A stretch of DNA of 63,826 nucleotides, counting the filler, from a candidate division TA06 bacterium SM23_40 (GTDB lineage Bacteria > LJUI01 > SM1-40): NCBI GenBank assembly GCA_001303705.1. It is 5 parts of 5 records of this genome, joined end to end, with 100 filler letters (N's around TTAATTAATTAA, not from the genome) between each part and the next. Parts side by side here need not be neighbours in the genome. Positions count along the whole stretch, not along the records: positions 41,475 to 57,018 come from LJUI01000120.1; positions 57,119 to 63,826 come from LJUI01000137.1; 3 more parts are not named here. One strand, written 5' to 3'. The notes below the pieces were generated by a model. The model was not told where the DNA came from. It searched no databases and saw only the letters and a program-made list of their open reading frames with translations. Below, in pieces: positions 50,630 through 60,931 of this stretch (positions are counted from its first letter, which is position 1; every line of letters begins with the position of its first letter). A program made the position numbers and the translations under genes.

Positions 50630-50821
50630 CAGCGGGCGGGGGCGACCCGCCGGTGGGGCCACCCGTCGGTGGCGAGTCGTCATAGCCGAGCCACGCTGTG
50701 CTTCGGCAAACAGTTGCTCCAGCAGGTTCGTGAAACACCCGCTGTTCAGTGGTCGCTGTCTGAACGCGCTTCCGACCAGGGACGGGAACCGATGCGCCGT
50801 CAGGCACGGCGTCGGCACCGG

Positions 50822-50835
50822 TGACCGAGATCTCT
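50822..50835 (+). repeat. 14-bp direct repeat, right edge of the hydrogenase block
   Basis: TGACCGAGATCTCT. Confidence 0.6.
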
Positions 50836-50942
50836 TAAGCATCGGCACAAAAGGTCCCCACAGCCTGGGCACTCAATGTCACCCCTGGGTGAGGGAACGA
50901 CACCACCCGGACTGAAACCGCACACAACCCGGAAGAAGACCC

Positions 50943-51734
50943 ATGCCGGACGTCTTTCTCTATCTCGAACGCGGGACGGCGCTCCACCGTCTCGACCCGA
51001 GAGCGAAGCTGGGGGCGCTCATCGGCATATTCATCATGCCCCTCTGCTTCAACCATCCGCTGTACGCATTGGTGATATTCGCAGTCGTCTTCGCCCTCGC
51101 AGTCTGGGCGCGGGCGCTGAGGAACGTGAGGCGACTGCTCGTGCTCTTCGTGCTCCTGTTCATCTTCAGCGCGACGATGTGGACCTTTTTCGTAAAGGGG
51201 CCGACCGTCCTCCTCCGCCTCGGCCCGCTGGCCGTCTCCCGGGAATCGCTCCTATACGGCCTGGCAATGGGCACCCGCCTGGTGGCGCTCGTTCTCGCAG
51301 GAGTCGTCTTTCTCTCCACGACCATGGTCGAGGAATTTACCTGGGCGCTGTGGCGCCTCGGGTTCCCGTTCGGCGCGAGCTTCGCGCTATCCACGGCCTT
51401 CAGGCTCGTCCCCACGTTCCTCGGGAGCGGTGCCGTCGTAGCCCAGGCCCAGAAGTCGCGCGGCCTCGAACTCGACAGAGGCAACATCTTCAGGCGCATC
51501 GCCCGCCACGCGCCCCTCCTCGTCCCGATCTTCGTCTCAGCGATCCGGAAGACCGACCTCCTGGCGATGGCCCTCGAATCGAAGGGATTCGGCTCGCGCC
51601 GCCGCAAGGCCACCTATCTTCAGTCCGTCATCGGCCCACGCGAGATCCTCGTTCTCGCCGCTATCGCCGTCGCAGTCACCCTCTGCATCGCCCTCCGCCT
51701 GCTCGGATATGGCATCATCCTCGCGCGCATGTAG
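50943..51734 (+). CDS. ecfT: ECF transporter transmembrane T component
   Basis: LHRLDPRAKL, FRLVP, AQKSRG, A.ALESKGF. Confidence 0.92.
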   Translation: MPDVFLYLERGTALHRLDPRAKLGALIGIFIMPLCFNHPLYALVIFAVVFALAVWARALRNVRRLLVLFVLLFIFSATMWTFFVKGPTVLLRLGPLAVSRESLLYGLAMGTRLVALVLAGVVFLSTTMVEEFTWALWRLGFPFGASFALSTAFRLVPTFLGSGAVVAQAQKSRGLELDRGNIFRRIARHAPLLVPIFVSAIRKTDLLAMALESKGFGSRRRKATYLQSVIGPREILVLAAIAVAVTLCIALRLLGYGIILARM

Positions 51735-52173
51735 TCTGCATTGTATCGTCTGTGTACACTTCTTGACAGACTCCCTCAAGAGTGGTAGAATCTCATTTGA
51801 AGAAGATTGGATTCCCGAGAACCTGCTCCTGTGAGCAGGTGATGCCCGGTGGCGACGGGAACCTCCTGGGTGATAACAGCATTGGATAGACCTTCTGAGA
51901 ACGGCGCCGAGCATCAGGGGCCGTTTTGTACTTTGGTCCGGGATCTGACGCGATCGTGGTTCGGGCGGCACAGGCCACAGATAGAAGGGACATCAAATGA
52001 GGCGGACATGCCGAGGGCTCATCACCCCCTGCCGTGCAGAGAGGAGGCACCTCGAAAGAGGTGGGCAGGGCGATTGCCCATCACCTCTGTGCCGCGCGAA
52101 CGGAGGATCCGACAATGAGACGGAGAGGGCGAGGGTTCATCACCCCCTGCCCTGCGGAGAGGAGGAACAGGAA

Positions 52174-53361
52174 ATGAGGTCCACATTGCGATGGGTGTTC
52201 GCAGGTTTCGGCGTGATCAGCCTGGTATCGGCAGTTCCTGCAACGGTCATTCACGTTCCTCTGGAGTACCCGACCATCTAGGCCGGAATCGATGCGGCGG
52301 TGGACGGCGATACCGTTCTCGTTGCAGATGGTACCTACACTGGGGACGGGAACCGCGACATTGACTTCTATGGCAAGGCAATCGTGGTAATGTCGGAGAA
52401 CGGGCCGGAGGCCACGATCATCGACTGTCAGGCGGATTCGCTCGATTCCCACCGAGGGTTCCAATTCTACAGTGAAGAAGGCCCGAGCTCGGTTGTGCGA
52501 GGATTCACGATTCGGAACGGGTATGCGTGCGGGGAGTTCCCGCAGACCTGTGGTGGTGCGATCCACTGTCTGGAGTCTTCTCCGACGATCGCCGACAATG
52601 TAATCAGGGGAAACACTGCGCAGATCGACGGTGGCGGGATCGCTTGCGAGTATCAGTCTTCTCCGATCATCGTTGGCAACACGATCACAGGAAATATGGC
52701 CTCCCGTGGAGGCGGGATCCTTTGCTGGCTCGAGGCTCCCGCGATGCTGATTGGGAATACGATCACGGGAAATGAGGCAGCCTATGGCGGCGGGATCGGG
52801 TGCTATTCTGTTTTCCCTCCGACAGTCGTCAATTCGATCATTTGGGGGAACAATGCCGGCACGGGACCGGAGATCTACGCGGCCGGGGGGTATCCAGTTG
52901 AAGTCACCTATTGTGATGTGGCGGGCGGGTGGGCGTGGGGCTCGCCGTGCATCGATGCGGGCCATCCGGACTCGCTCGACCCGGACGGCACACGGAGCGA
53001 CATGGGTGCCCACTTCTTCGACCAGGACGACTACCTGACGCTCTATCTGACGCCCGATGCGAGAGAGGTGTCGCCCGGAGGCACGTTTGGCGTGACCTAT
53101 ACCGCGATCAACCGGTGGGCAGAGCCCGAGCCCTTCTGGGTGCTCACGGAGGCCGTGCTGCCGGGTGGGGATACGTTGGACGTCATGGGGCCGGACGCGT
53201 ATACGCTGCCGGCCGATTTCACGGTGCAGCGACATTTCACTCATTCGGTCCCGCTGGGCGCACCCTCAGGCCGCTACTCGTATCAGTCGAGGATCGGCGT
53301 GCCGCCCTCGACGCTCTATGAGGACAGCTTCCAGTTCGAAGTGCTGGAAGTAGTAGAGTAG
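52174..53361 (+). pseudogene. Secreted right-handed parallel beta-helix protein with the shared CTD; in-frame TAG at 52279-52281 and an internal deletion
   Basis: EYPTI-TAG-AGIDAA where the paralogues have CAG (TIQ); lacks the GNIDxDPMF...DYRLL segment present in both paralogues. Confidence 0.75.
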
Positions 53362-53422
53362 TGCTCCAATGGGCGCACTATGCTGATGCCTCTCTGTGCC
53401 ACGGCGAGAAGAGGAGCGAAAA

Positions 53423-55459
53423 ATGATGTGCAGATGGCGATGGGTGGTCGCAGGCCTTGCCGTGATCGGGCTGGCATCGCCTGCTCCCGCAACAATCATC
53501 CACGTCCCGCTGGAGTACGCAACCATCCAGTCCGGGATCGACGCGGCGGTCAACGGGGACACGGTGCTGGTCGCCGATGGCACGTATGGCGGTCCGGGCA
53601 ATCGGGATATCGACTTCTGGGGCAAGAGCGTACTCCTCACATCTGAGAACGGACCCGAGTCGACGATCATCGACTGTGAGGGCACCCCGACCAACCCACA
53701 CCGGGGATTCCATTTCCACAATGGAGAGAGTGCAAGCTCAGTCGTAAGAGGCTTTACCATCAAGAACGGGTGTACGGCCTACGGTGGCGGCGTCTGCTGT
53801 GAGAACGCCTCCGCTCCGCGCCTGGTGGGCAATACCTTTCTGGGGAATGTCGCCAACAGTGGCGGGGCGATCAGGTGTGCGGGCTCTTCCCCCGCGATTG
53901 TCGGCAACGCGTTCATCGACAACACGGCCAATAGCGGTGGTGGCGGGATCTCATGCCTCTACGCGTCTCCGCTCATCTCGGACAACGTGATCAGGGAGAA
54001 TGCGGCGGGCTGGTTTGGCGCCGCGATCGAGTGCTGGGGCTACTCATCTCCCCAGGTGTTGAATAACAGTATCGAGGCGAACTACAGCAGGTACGGCGCC
54101 GGACTCTACTGCTACGATCACTCCTCTCCCATGATCAAAGGGAACACGATCAGCGGGAATGCGACCTACTACAGTGGCACGGGTATTCACTGCAAGGAGT
54201 ACTCGTCCCCGACCATTGAGGACAACACGATCACAGAGAATATGGCCGGAGGGGGACCTGGCGGAGGGATCTACACCCACGAGAACTGCTCTCCGACGAT
54301 CGTGGGGAATATCATCTCCGGAAATGCAGCCCCAGGGCTCTTCGGCTCCGGTGGGGGAGTCATGTGTGACGGGGGCTCTCCGACGATCTCCTACAACGTG
54401 ATCTCAGAGAATCTGGCTTCGGCGAATGGGGGCGGGTTTCACTGCACGGATGGTGCCGTCCTGGCGGTGGGCAACATGGTGAAAGAGAACGTGGCGGACG
54501 CAGGAGGGGGCGTCTGGGTGGCATCCTCTGGTATCGTCGGCTGGAATACGATCGAAGGCAATGCCGCCGAACACAGCGGTGGTGGTATGAGAATCAGCGG
54601 GTCGGTGCCTCCCACTGTCGTAGGCAACAGGATCGTGAACAACACCGGAGGGCGCGGTGGGGGTATCTGCTGCGTTTCCGCCGATCCCAGCATTACTGAC
54701 AATGTTATCGCGAACACCCTGGCCTCTCTCGGCCATGCCCAGGGGGGCGGCATCCACTGCTGGGGCGGATCCCCGCTCATCGCCCGCAACACCATTGCAA
54801 ACAACACTGCCTCAATGGAGGGCGGCGGCATCTCCTGCACCTTCAGCGCCTCCCCGATCGTGGTCAACTCCATTCTCTGGGGAGATACTGCAGCCACTGG
54901 ATTAGAGGTCTATCTGGAGGCGACGAGCTCGATCGTCATCACATATTCAGACGTGACGGAGGGGTGGCTCGGCGAGGGGAATATCGATGCCGATCCGATG
55001 TTTGTGCTGGAGGCAGGGGAGGACTACCGTCTCCTCTGGGGCTCACCGTGTATCGATGCGGGCCATCCGGACTCGCTTGACCCCGACGGCACACGGAGGG
55101 ACATGGGTGCGCACTTCTTCGATCAGGACGACTATCTCACTCTGTATCTGACCCCTGAGACTACCCAGGTATCACCTGGTGGCGAATTGCAGGTTCACTA
55201 CACGGTGATCAATCGACGGGCGGAGCCTGAGGAATTCTGGGTCGCTGCCGGGGTCATGACGCCGGGTGGCGATTCGCTCCTGATCATGGGGCCCGATCGT
55301 TACGTGGTGCCGGCGGAGTATACTGCCCGGGTTCCGGTACTTCACCACGTGCCACCCGCGGCACCGCTCGGCCACTATCACTATGGATCTGCGATCGGGC
55401 GGCGTCCTTCGATGTTTTACGACTGGGACGATTTTCGGTTCACAGTAGGGGAGCCGTAA
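53423..55459 (+). CDS. Secreted right-handed parallel beta-helix (pectin lyase-like, GGGI repeats) protein with the shared CTD
   Basis: Signal peptide; TIQ.GIDAA..GDTVLVADGTY; many N.I..N.A..GGGI.C...SP repeats; SPCIDAG.P...DPDGTR.DMGA. Confidence 0.88.
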   Translation: MMCRWRWVVAGLAVIGLASPAPATIIHVPLEYATIQSGIDAAVNGDTVLVADGTYGGPGNRDIDFWGKSVLLTSENGPESTIIDCEGTPTNPHRGFHFHNGESASSVVRGFTIKNGCTAYGGGVCCENASAPRLVGNTFLGNVANSGGAIRCAGSSPAIVGNAFIDNTANSGGGGISCLYASPLISDNVIRENAAGWFGAAIECWGYSSPQVLNNSIEANYSRYGAGLYCYDHSSPMIKGNTISGNATYYSGTGIHCKEYSSPTIEDNTITENMAGGGPGGGIYTHENCSPTIVGNIISGNAAPGLFGSGGGVMCDGGSPTISYNVISENLASANGGGFHCTDGAVLAVGNMVKENVADAGGGVWVASSGIVGWNTIEGNAAEHSGGGMRISGSVPPTVVGNRIVNNTGGRGGGICCVSADPSITDNVIANTLASLGHAQGGGIHCWGGSPLIARNTIANNTASMEGGGISCTFSASPIVVNSILWGDTAATGLEVYLEATSSIVITYSDVTEGWLGEGNIDADPMFVLEAGEDYRLLWGSPCIDAGHPDSLDPDGTRRDMGAHFFDQDDYLTLYLTPETTQVSPGGELQVHYTVINRRAEPEEFWVAAGVMTPGGDSLLIMGPDRYVVPAEYTARVPVLHHVPPAAPLGHYHYGSAIGRRPSMFYDWDDFRFTVGEP

Positions 55460-55526
55460 TCCGGGCCGGGCATCGTTCTATAGGTCGTGCGGGTCGTTCT
55501 GAACCCGCAGAGAGGAGGTACTCGAA

Positions 55527-56896
55527 ATGATGTGGACATGGCGATGGCTCATCATAGGTTTTGCCGTGATCAGCCTTGCATCGGTCGTTTCCGCAACGGT
55601 GATTCACGTTCCTCTGGAGTATGCGACCATCCAGGCGGGGATCAACGCGGCGCAGGAAGGCGATACGGTTCTGGTGGCTGATGGAACGTATACCGGTGTG
55701 GGGAACCGGGATCTGGACTTCGGTGGCGTGAACATGGTGGTGATGTCGGAAAGCGGGCGGGAGGCTACGATCATCGACTGCCAGTACCAGGGCCGTGGGT
55801 TCCACTTCCACAGCGGGGAGGGATCGACATCGGTAGTACAGGGGTTCACGATCAAGAACGGATCCGACTACGACGGGGGTGGTATCTTCGTCGAGAATAG
55901 CGAACCCGTCATCCGTGAGAACCGAATCACGAACAATACACTGGCTGACTGGTATCTGTACGGAGCAGGCATATGCTGTCGCGATGCCGCGCCTCACATC
56001 GTGAATAATCTCGTGGCCTACAACACGCTCGCCTACGATGGCGGCGGCATCTATATCAATGGCGGACTCACCATTGGAGACACCACGCTATTCGCCCTCG
56101 TGCGAGGGAACACCATCGTGGGCAACGAGACATTCTCCGGCTGGGGCGTCTCATATGGGGCCGGTATCCACGTAGAGGAAGCATCTCCTCTCATCGTGGA
56201 CAATTTGATCATCGGCAACATAGTCGACGTCGGCTGCGGCGGCGGGATCTCCTGCTCGGCTGCCTCGCCCACGATCGTCAACAACACGGTCAGCGCCAAC
56301 AATGGCAGTTCCGATGCCGGAGCGATCTACTGCGAGAACTATTCCTCCGCGACAGTCATGAACTCGATTCTGTGGGGCAACATCGCGTACGGGGGAAATG
56401 AAGTCGTGGTCACCGCCAGCAGTTCGATCGACATCACCTACTCGGACATCGAAGGCGGCTGGACAGGCCAGGGCAACATAGACGAGGATCCCATGTTCGT
56501 CTTTGCCGACAGGAGAGACTATCGTCTGCTGTGGGGGTCGCCCTGCATCGACGCCGGGCATCCGGATTCTCTCGGACGGTCTATCTGACGCCCGCGGATA
56601 CAACGATCCCGCAATACCCGTATGGGCATCTGGAAGTCGCATACACCGTGATCAATCGTCATCCGCAGGCGGAACCGTTCTGGGTTCTGACCGAGGCCGT
56701 TTTGCCTAACGGCAACCCCGTGACGGTCTTCGGTCCGGATCACTATGTATTGCCGGCCAATACGACAGTACAGAGGCATATCACTCACGATGTGCCGCCG
56801 GCAGCGCCTCCCGGCATGTACCAGTACCGATCGAAGATCGGCGTGCCGCCTTCGACGCTGTACGACGAGGACTGGTTCGTTTTCGAGGTGCTGTAA
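55527..56896 (+). pseudogene. Third parallel beta-helix paralogue, frameshifted at ~56573 so the CTD is in another frame
   Basis: ORF 55527-56588 ends HPDSL-GRSI*; the CTD (YLTP...EDWFVFEVL) continues in the 56531-56896 frame; 58 nt missing relative to the paralogues. Confidence 0.75.
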
Positions 56897-57018
56897 TCGC
56901 AGCCCGAATCGAGTCGAGGACACCGGGTAAGCCCGCTCTTCCAGGTTGAAGGGCTGGCCGTCTCGTGGCCGGGGCGTCGAGCATCGGGGGCCGTGTTGTT
57001 GCTTCCCGAGTGGTCCCT

Positions 57019-57118
57019 NNNNNNNNNNNNNNNNNNNNNNNNNNNNNNNNNNNNNNNNNNNNTTAATTAATTAANNNNNNNNNNNNNNNNNNNNNNNNNN
57101 NNNNNNNNNNNNNNNNNN
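57019..57118. other. Artificial contig linker
   Basis: N44-TTAATTAATTAA-N44. Confidence 0.98.
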
Positions 57119-57120
57119 CT

Positions 57121-57408
57121 GCGTACCTCATTAACGTGGGCCGAGGGAAACTCGTTGTCGAGTCTGCCCTCGTGCGGGCACTGAAGGCGGGGTGGATAGC
57201 GGGGGCGGCGCTCGACGTCTTCGAACGAGAGCCCCTCCCGGAGGAGAGCGAGCTGTGGGGACTCTCCAACGTCATCATCACCTTCCACATCGCGGGCACA
57301 ACGCCGCGATACTGGGACAGAGTCACCGAGATATTCGCCCGGAATCTCAGACTCTTCCTGGCAGGTGAGGGACTGAAGAACCTGGTAGACAAGGAGAGCG
57401 GGTACTGA
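57121..57408 (+). CDS. D-2-hydroxyacid dehydrogenase, C-terminal fragment
   Basis: YLINVGRG.LV, GAALDVFE.EPLP, NVIIT.H.AG. Confidence 0.9.
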   Translation, partial: AYLINVGRGKLVVESALVRALKAGWIAGAALDVFEREPLPEESELWGLSNVIITFHIAGTTPRYWDRVTEIFARNLRLFLAGEGLKNLVDKESGY

Positions 57409-57410
57409 GA

Positions 57411-58421
57411 ATGGTACAAGGAGGATCGAGGAGCGAAACATCGGCCGACGCCACGGAGATGACCAAGCAGGGCACAAGCCGGACCGGACTTGTATACCAT
57501 CCTTCATATCTGAGCCACATCGCCGGGCCCGGCCATCCCGAGTGTCCTGAGCGGCTCGAGTCGGTCATGTCGCACCTCGGAGAATGCGGACTGCTGGGTC
57601 GGCTCCAGACGATCGAGCCAACGGAGGCGGACATCGAGTGGATCGAGACCATCCACTCGCACGAGCACGTGGAGCGAATTCGCCGGTCGGCGGAGAGCAC
57701 GGTTGCGTTCCTCGACGCCGATACCGGCATCTCTCGCGATTCCTACCATGTCGCCCGCCTTGCCGTGGGAGGGGTTCTTGCGGCGGTGGACGCTGTCATG
57801 CACGGGATGATCGATAATGCCTTCGCCGCTGTGCGGCCGCCGGGACACCACGCTGAGCGTGCGCGGGCGATGGGGTTCTGCCTGTTCAACAACGTTGCGA
57901 TCGCTGCGGCCTATCTCCTCCGCTATCACCGGCTGAAGCGCGTGCTCATCGTCGACTGGGATGTCCACCATGGGAACGGCACTCAGGCGGCATTCTATGA
58001 CGACCCTTCCGTCCTCTATGTGAGCATACACCAGTATCCACACTACCCGGGCACGGGAGGGTTCAAAGAACGCGGAGTGGGGAAGGGGTTAGGGTTCACG
58101 ATCAACATACCGCTCGCCGCCGGGTCTGGCGGCCAGGAGTACTTCGAGGCATTCGAGTCGATCGTCCGTCCGGCCGCGGTCCGATTTCTCCCTGAGTTTG
58201 TCCTCATATCAGCAGGCTTCGATGCCCACCGTGAAGACCCCCTCGCCGGTATGGAGCTGACCGAGGGGGGATTCGCAGGGATGACACAACTTCTCAAAGG
58301 GATCGCCGAGAAGTGCTGCCAGGGCAGGATCGTCTCCGCGCTAGAGGGAGGATATCACCTCTCAGCTCTGGCGCGATCTGTCGAGTCTCATCTCCGTGTG
58401 CTTATGGGACCTCCGGGGTGA
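57411..58421 (+). CDS. Histone deacetylase family (class II-like) Zn deacylase
   Basis: HPECPERL, RPPGHHA, GFCLFNN, DWDVHHGNGT, SAGFDAH.EDPL, LEGGY; start 57411 or 57459. Confidence 0.95.
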   Translation: MVQGGSRSETSADATEMTKQGTSRTGLVYHPSYLSHIAGPGHPECPERLESVMSHLGECGLLGRLQTIEPTEADIEWIETIHSHEHVERIRRSAESTVAFLDADTGISRDSYHVARLAVGGVLAAVDAVMHGMIDNAFAAVRPPGHHAERARAMGFCLFNNVAIAAAYLLRYHRLKRVLIVDWDVHHGNGTQAAFYDDPSVLYVSIHQYPHYPGTGGFKERGVGKGLGFTINIPLAAGSGGQEYFEAFESIVRPAAVRFLPEFVLISAGFDAHREDPLAGMELTEGGFAGMTQLLKGIAEKCCQGRIVSALEGGYHLSALARSVESHLRVLMGPPG

Positions 58422-58426
58422 AGGCC

Positions 58427-60361
58427 TCACTCCCCGTCCTCCCAATCACATCGCTCCCACTCCAGATAGAGTCTTTCGAGACGGCTCGATAACGTTCGGT
58501 ACTCCGCGTTGAGGATGCCGACATTCTTTCCGTCGGCCCGTGCGGCCGAATGGACGATCGCCTCTGCGATCTCATTCATACGCGCTTCGACTCGCGCGAT
58601 CTCCTGTTCCACTTCCTGTGCTGTGCGAGGCGGCGGTTCTCGCCGGAGCTTTCTGCGGGCGGCCTCGCGGGCTGCGGCCGCTCGCTGACGCTCTTCCTCC
58701 TTCGCTCTCTTCGCCCTCGCCCGCTCTGCCTCCTGGGCGAGGCGCAGCTCCTCTGCTCTTTTGCCGGCGAAGTGAGAATAGTTCCCCCGGTATATGCGCA
58801 GTGCTCCATCGTTGCCCAGGAAGGCGACCTGAGTGACGACCTTGTCGAGGAAATAGCGGTCATGGGAGACGGTGAGGATCGTTCCGGGGAATTGGCCGAG
58901 CGCCTCTTCGAGGACAGTGCGGGAGGCGATGTCCAGATGATTCGTCGGCTCGTCGAGGATGAGGAAATTGACGCGGGCGAGCATGAGCTTTGCGAGCAGC
59001 AGCCGTCCTCGCTCCCCTCCGCTCAGGGAGCTGATCTGCCTGAATGGTTCGTCGCCGGTGAAGAGGAACCGCCCGAGAATAGATCTCAGGTCTCCTGACG
59101 GGATCGTCGGATCGACCTCCCACAGTTCCTCGACCAGAGTCTTTTCATCGTCGAGAGAGGACATCTCCTGATCATAGTACCCGGCGATGATCCCGCGGCC
59201 GATCTTCACGTCTCCGGCAGTCGGCTCCTCCTCGCCCAATATGATCCTGAGCAGGGTCGTCTTGCCTGCGCCGTTGGGTCCCACGATTCCTATCCGATCG
59301 CCGAGCCGGAGGGTGAGCTCGATCCCGTCGAACAGGGCGGTCTGACCATACCGCTTGCTCAGGCCGCGCAGCTCGAGCACATCGGATCCGCCGCGCATCT
59401 GCGGCGAGAACCGGAGGGCAATCGGGCGCCGCTCGCGCGGCCGCTCTATTCTCTCCAGCTTTTCCAGCATCCTGCGGCGGCTCTGCGCCTGCTTTGTTTT
59501 CTGGCCTGCGATATTGCGCCGGATGAACTCCTCCTGGCGCTCGATCTCTGCCCGCTGTAGCTCGTAGACTTTCCGTCGCTGGGCCAGCCCGGTGGCCTTC
59601 GCTGCCACGTAATCGCTGTAGTTGCCTCGATACTCCGTGAGGTGAGTCCCTTCGACTTCCACTACGCGCCGCACGGTGCGGTCGAGCAGGTAGCGATCGT
59701 GAGAGGTGATGAGGACGGCTCCGCGGTGTTCGGCGACAAACCGCTCGAGCCACTCGATGCCTTCGATGTCGAGGTGGTTCGTCGGCTCGTCGAGGAGCAA
59801 CAGGTCGGGTGCAGTCACCAGCAGCCTGGCGAGCGCAGCCCTGCTCTTCTCCCCACCGCTCATGGTATCGACTGACTGTTCGAGCTGTTCGGCATCGAAT
59901 CCTAGTCCGGAGAGAATCGCGAGGGCACTGTTTCTCAGGGTGTACCCGCCCTCGGCGCTGAACCGGTGCTCGAGATCGCCGTACTCCTGCATCAGGTGAG
60001 TCAGCTGTCGGTCGCTGGCAGCCGCCGCTCGCTCCATTTCGCGCTCCAGCTCGACCATGCGTTCACGCATCTGGAGGAGCTCGGCGGCGCCGCCCATAAC
60101 CTCTTCGATGAGTGGGCGGGAGGAGGAAAGTGAGACCTCCTGGGGCAGGTACCCCGCCCGTCTATTCGAGGCGAGTAAGACGGTACCCGAGTCCGGGTCG
60201 AGGTGGCCCGCAATGGTACGCAAGAGTGTGGTCTTGCCCGCACCATTCGCGCCCACGACGCCGATCCGCTCGCCGGCCGTGATGCGCAGCGAGATGCGAT
60301 CGAGCACGGTCTTTGTGCCGTACGATCTCGTGATATTATCGAGCGTAGCAACGACTGACAT
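58427..60361 (-). CDS. ABC-F family ATPase (Uup/YheS-like)
   Basis: Two NBDs (GANGAGKTT, SGGE, LDEPTNHLD, SHDRY), interdomain linker, coiled-coil tail, no TM segments. Confidence 0.95.
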   Translation of the reverse strand: MSVVATLDNITRSYGTKTVLDRISLRITAGERIGVVGANGAGKTTLLRTIAGHLDPDSGTVLLASNRRAGYLPQEVSLSSSRPLIEEVMGGAAELLQMRERMVELEREMERAAAASDRQLTHLMQEYGDLEHRFSAEGGYTLRNSALAILSGLGFDAEQLEQSVDTMSGGEKSRAALARLLVTAPDLLLLDEPTNHLDIEGIEWLERFVAEHRGAVLITSHDRYLLDRTVRRVVEVEGTHLTEYRGNYSDYVAAKATGLAQRRKVYELQRAEIERQEEFIRRNIAGQKTKQAQSRRRMLEKLERIERPRERRPIALRFSPQMRGGSDVLELRGLSKRYGQTALFDGIELTLRLGDRIGIVGPNGAGKTTLLRIILGEEEPTAGDVKIGRGIIAGYYDQEMSSLDDEKTLVEELWEVDPTIPSGDLRSILGRFLFTGDEPFRQISSLSGGERGRLLLAKLMLARVNFLILDEPTNHLDIASRTVLEEALGQFPGTILTVSHDRYFLDKVVTQVAFLGNDGALRIYRGNYSHFAGKRAEELRLAQEAERARAKRAKEEERQRAAAAREAARRKLRREPPPRTAQEVEQEIARVEARMNEIAEAIVHSAARADGKNVGILNAEYRTLSSRLERLYLEWERCDWEDGE

Positions 60362-60393
60362 CTACAGTTCCCGTCTCGAAGGCAATTCCGCAA

Positions 60394-60789
60394 TCACCCG
60401 AGCGCTTTGATCCAGAGCTTGCGCCTGCGGGGGCCGTCGAATTCACAGAAGAAGATACCCTGCCAGGTGCCGAGCACGAGCTCCCCGTTCTCCACCATGA
60501 CAAGCTCAGAGGACCCTACGATGCTCGCCTTGATGTGCGCCGCCGAGTTCCCCTCGGTATGTCTGTACCCTCCGTTGAAGGGAATGAGCTCCGTGAGCAT
60601 CTTCTGGATGTCCTCGCTCACCGAGGGATCGGCATTCTCATTGATAGTGACCGCCGCGGTCGTATGAGGCACGTACACACAGACGAGGCCATCATTGACC
60701 GATGCGGATCGCAGAGCCCGTTCCACCTTGCGTGTAACGTCGACAAAACAAGTGCGCTTCGATGTCGGTACGTCGATCTCGATGGGCAT
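60394..60789 (-). CDS. yjbQ: UPF0047/YjbQ family protein
   Basis: PHTTAAVTINEN.DP, H.EGNS.AHIK, LGTWQGIFFCEFDGPR.R. Confidence 0.95.
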   Translation of the reverse strand: MPIEIDVPTSKRTCFVDVTRKVERALRSASVNDGLVCVYVPHTTAAVTINENADPSVSEDIQKMLTELIPFNGGYRHTEGNSAAHIKASIVGSSELVMVENGELVLGTWQGIFFCEFDGPRRRKLWIKALG

Positions 60790-60872
60790 CGCCTCATCCC
60801 TCCCATGCTGATTGGTTCACGCACACCATACCACAGCTCCCGCCCACCGTCAACCGCCGGCGCCGTCCCCGA

Positions 60873-60901
60873 TTGACGGGGAAGGGGGGGTGTGGTATAC
60901 T
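60873..60901 (+). promoter_or_regulatory. sigma-70-type promoter
   Basis: TTGACG-17 nt-TATACT with an extended TG. Confidence 0.65.
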
Positions 60902-60931
60902 GGGGTGGTCGATTCTAACGCGAAGTAGGGG

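Noticed and set aside
50627-50660. TGA after the hydA His followed by a GC hairpin (Sec?)
   Set aside because: Sec in NiFeSe enzymes replaces the first L2 Cys (DPU), which is TGC here; the hairpin looks like an ordinary 3' structure.
52279-52281. Pyrrolysine at the in-frame TAG
   Set aside because: The paralogues have CAG at a structural TIQ motif, the window has no pyl genes, and the local MttB is the non-Pyl type.
8052-57118. Repeated TTAATTAATTAA motif
   Set aside because: Artificial six-frame-stop linker inside N runs; not biological.
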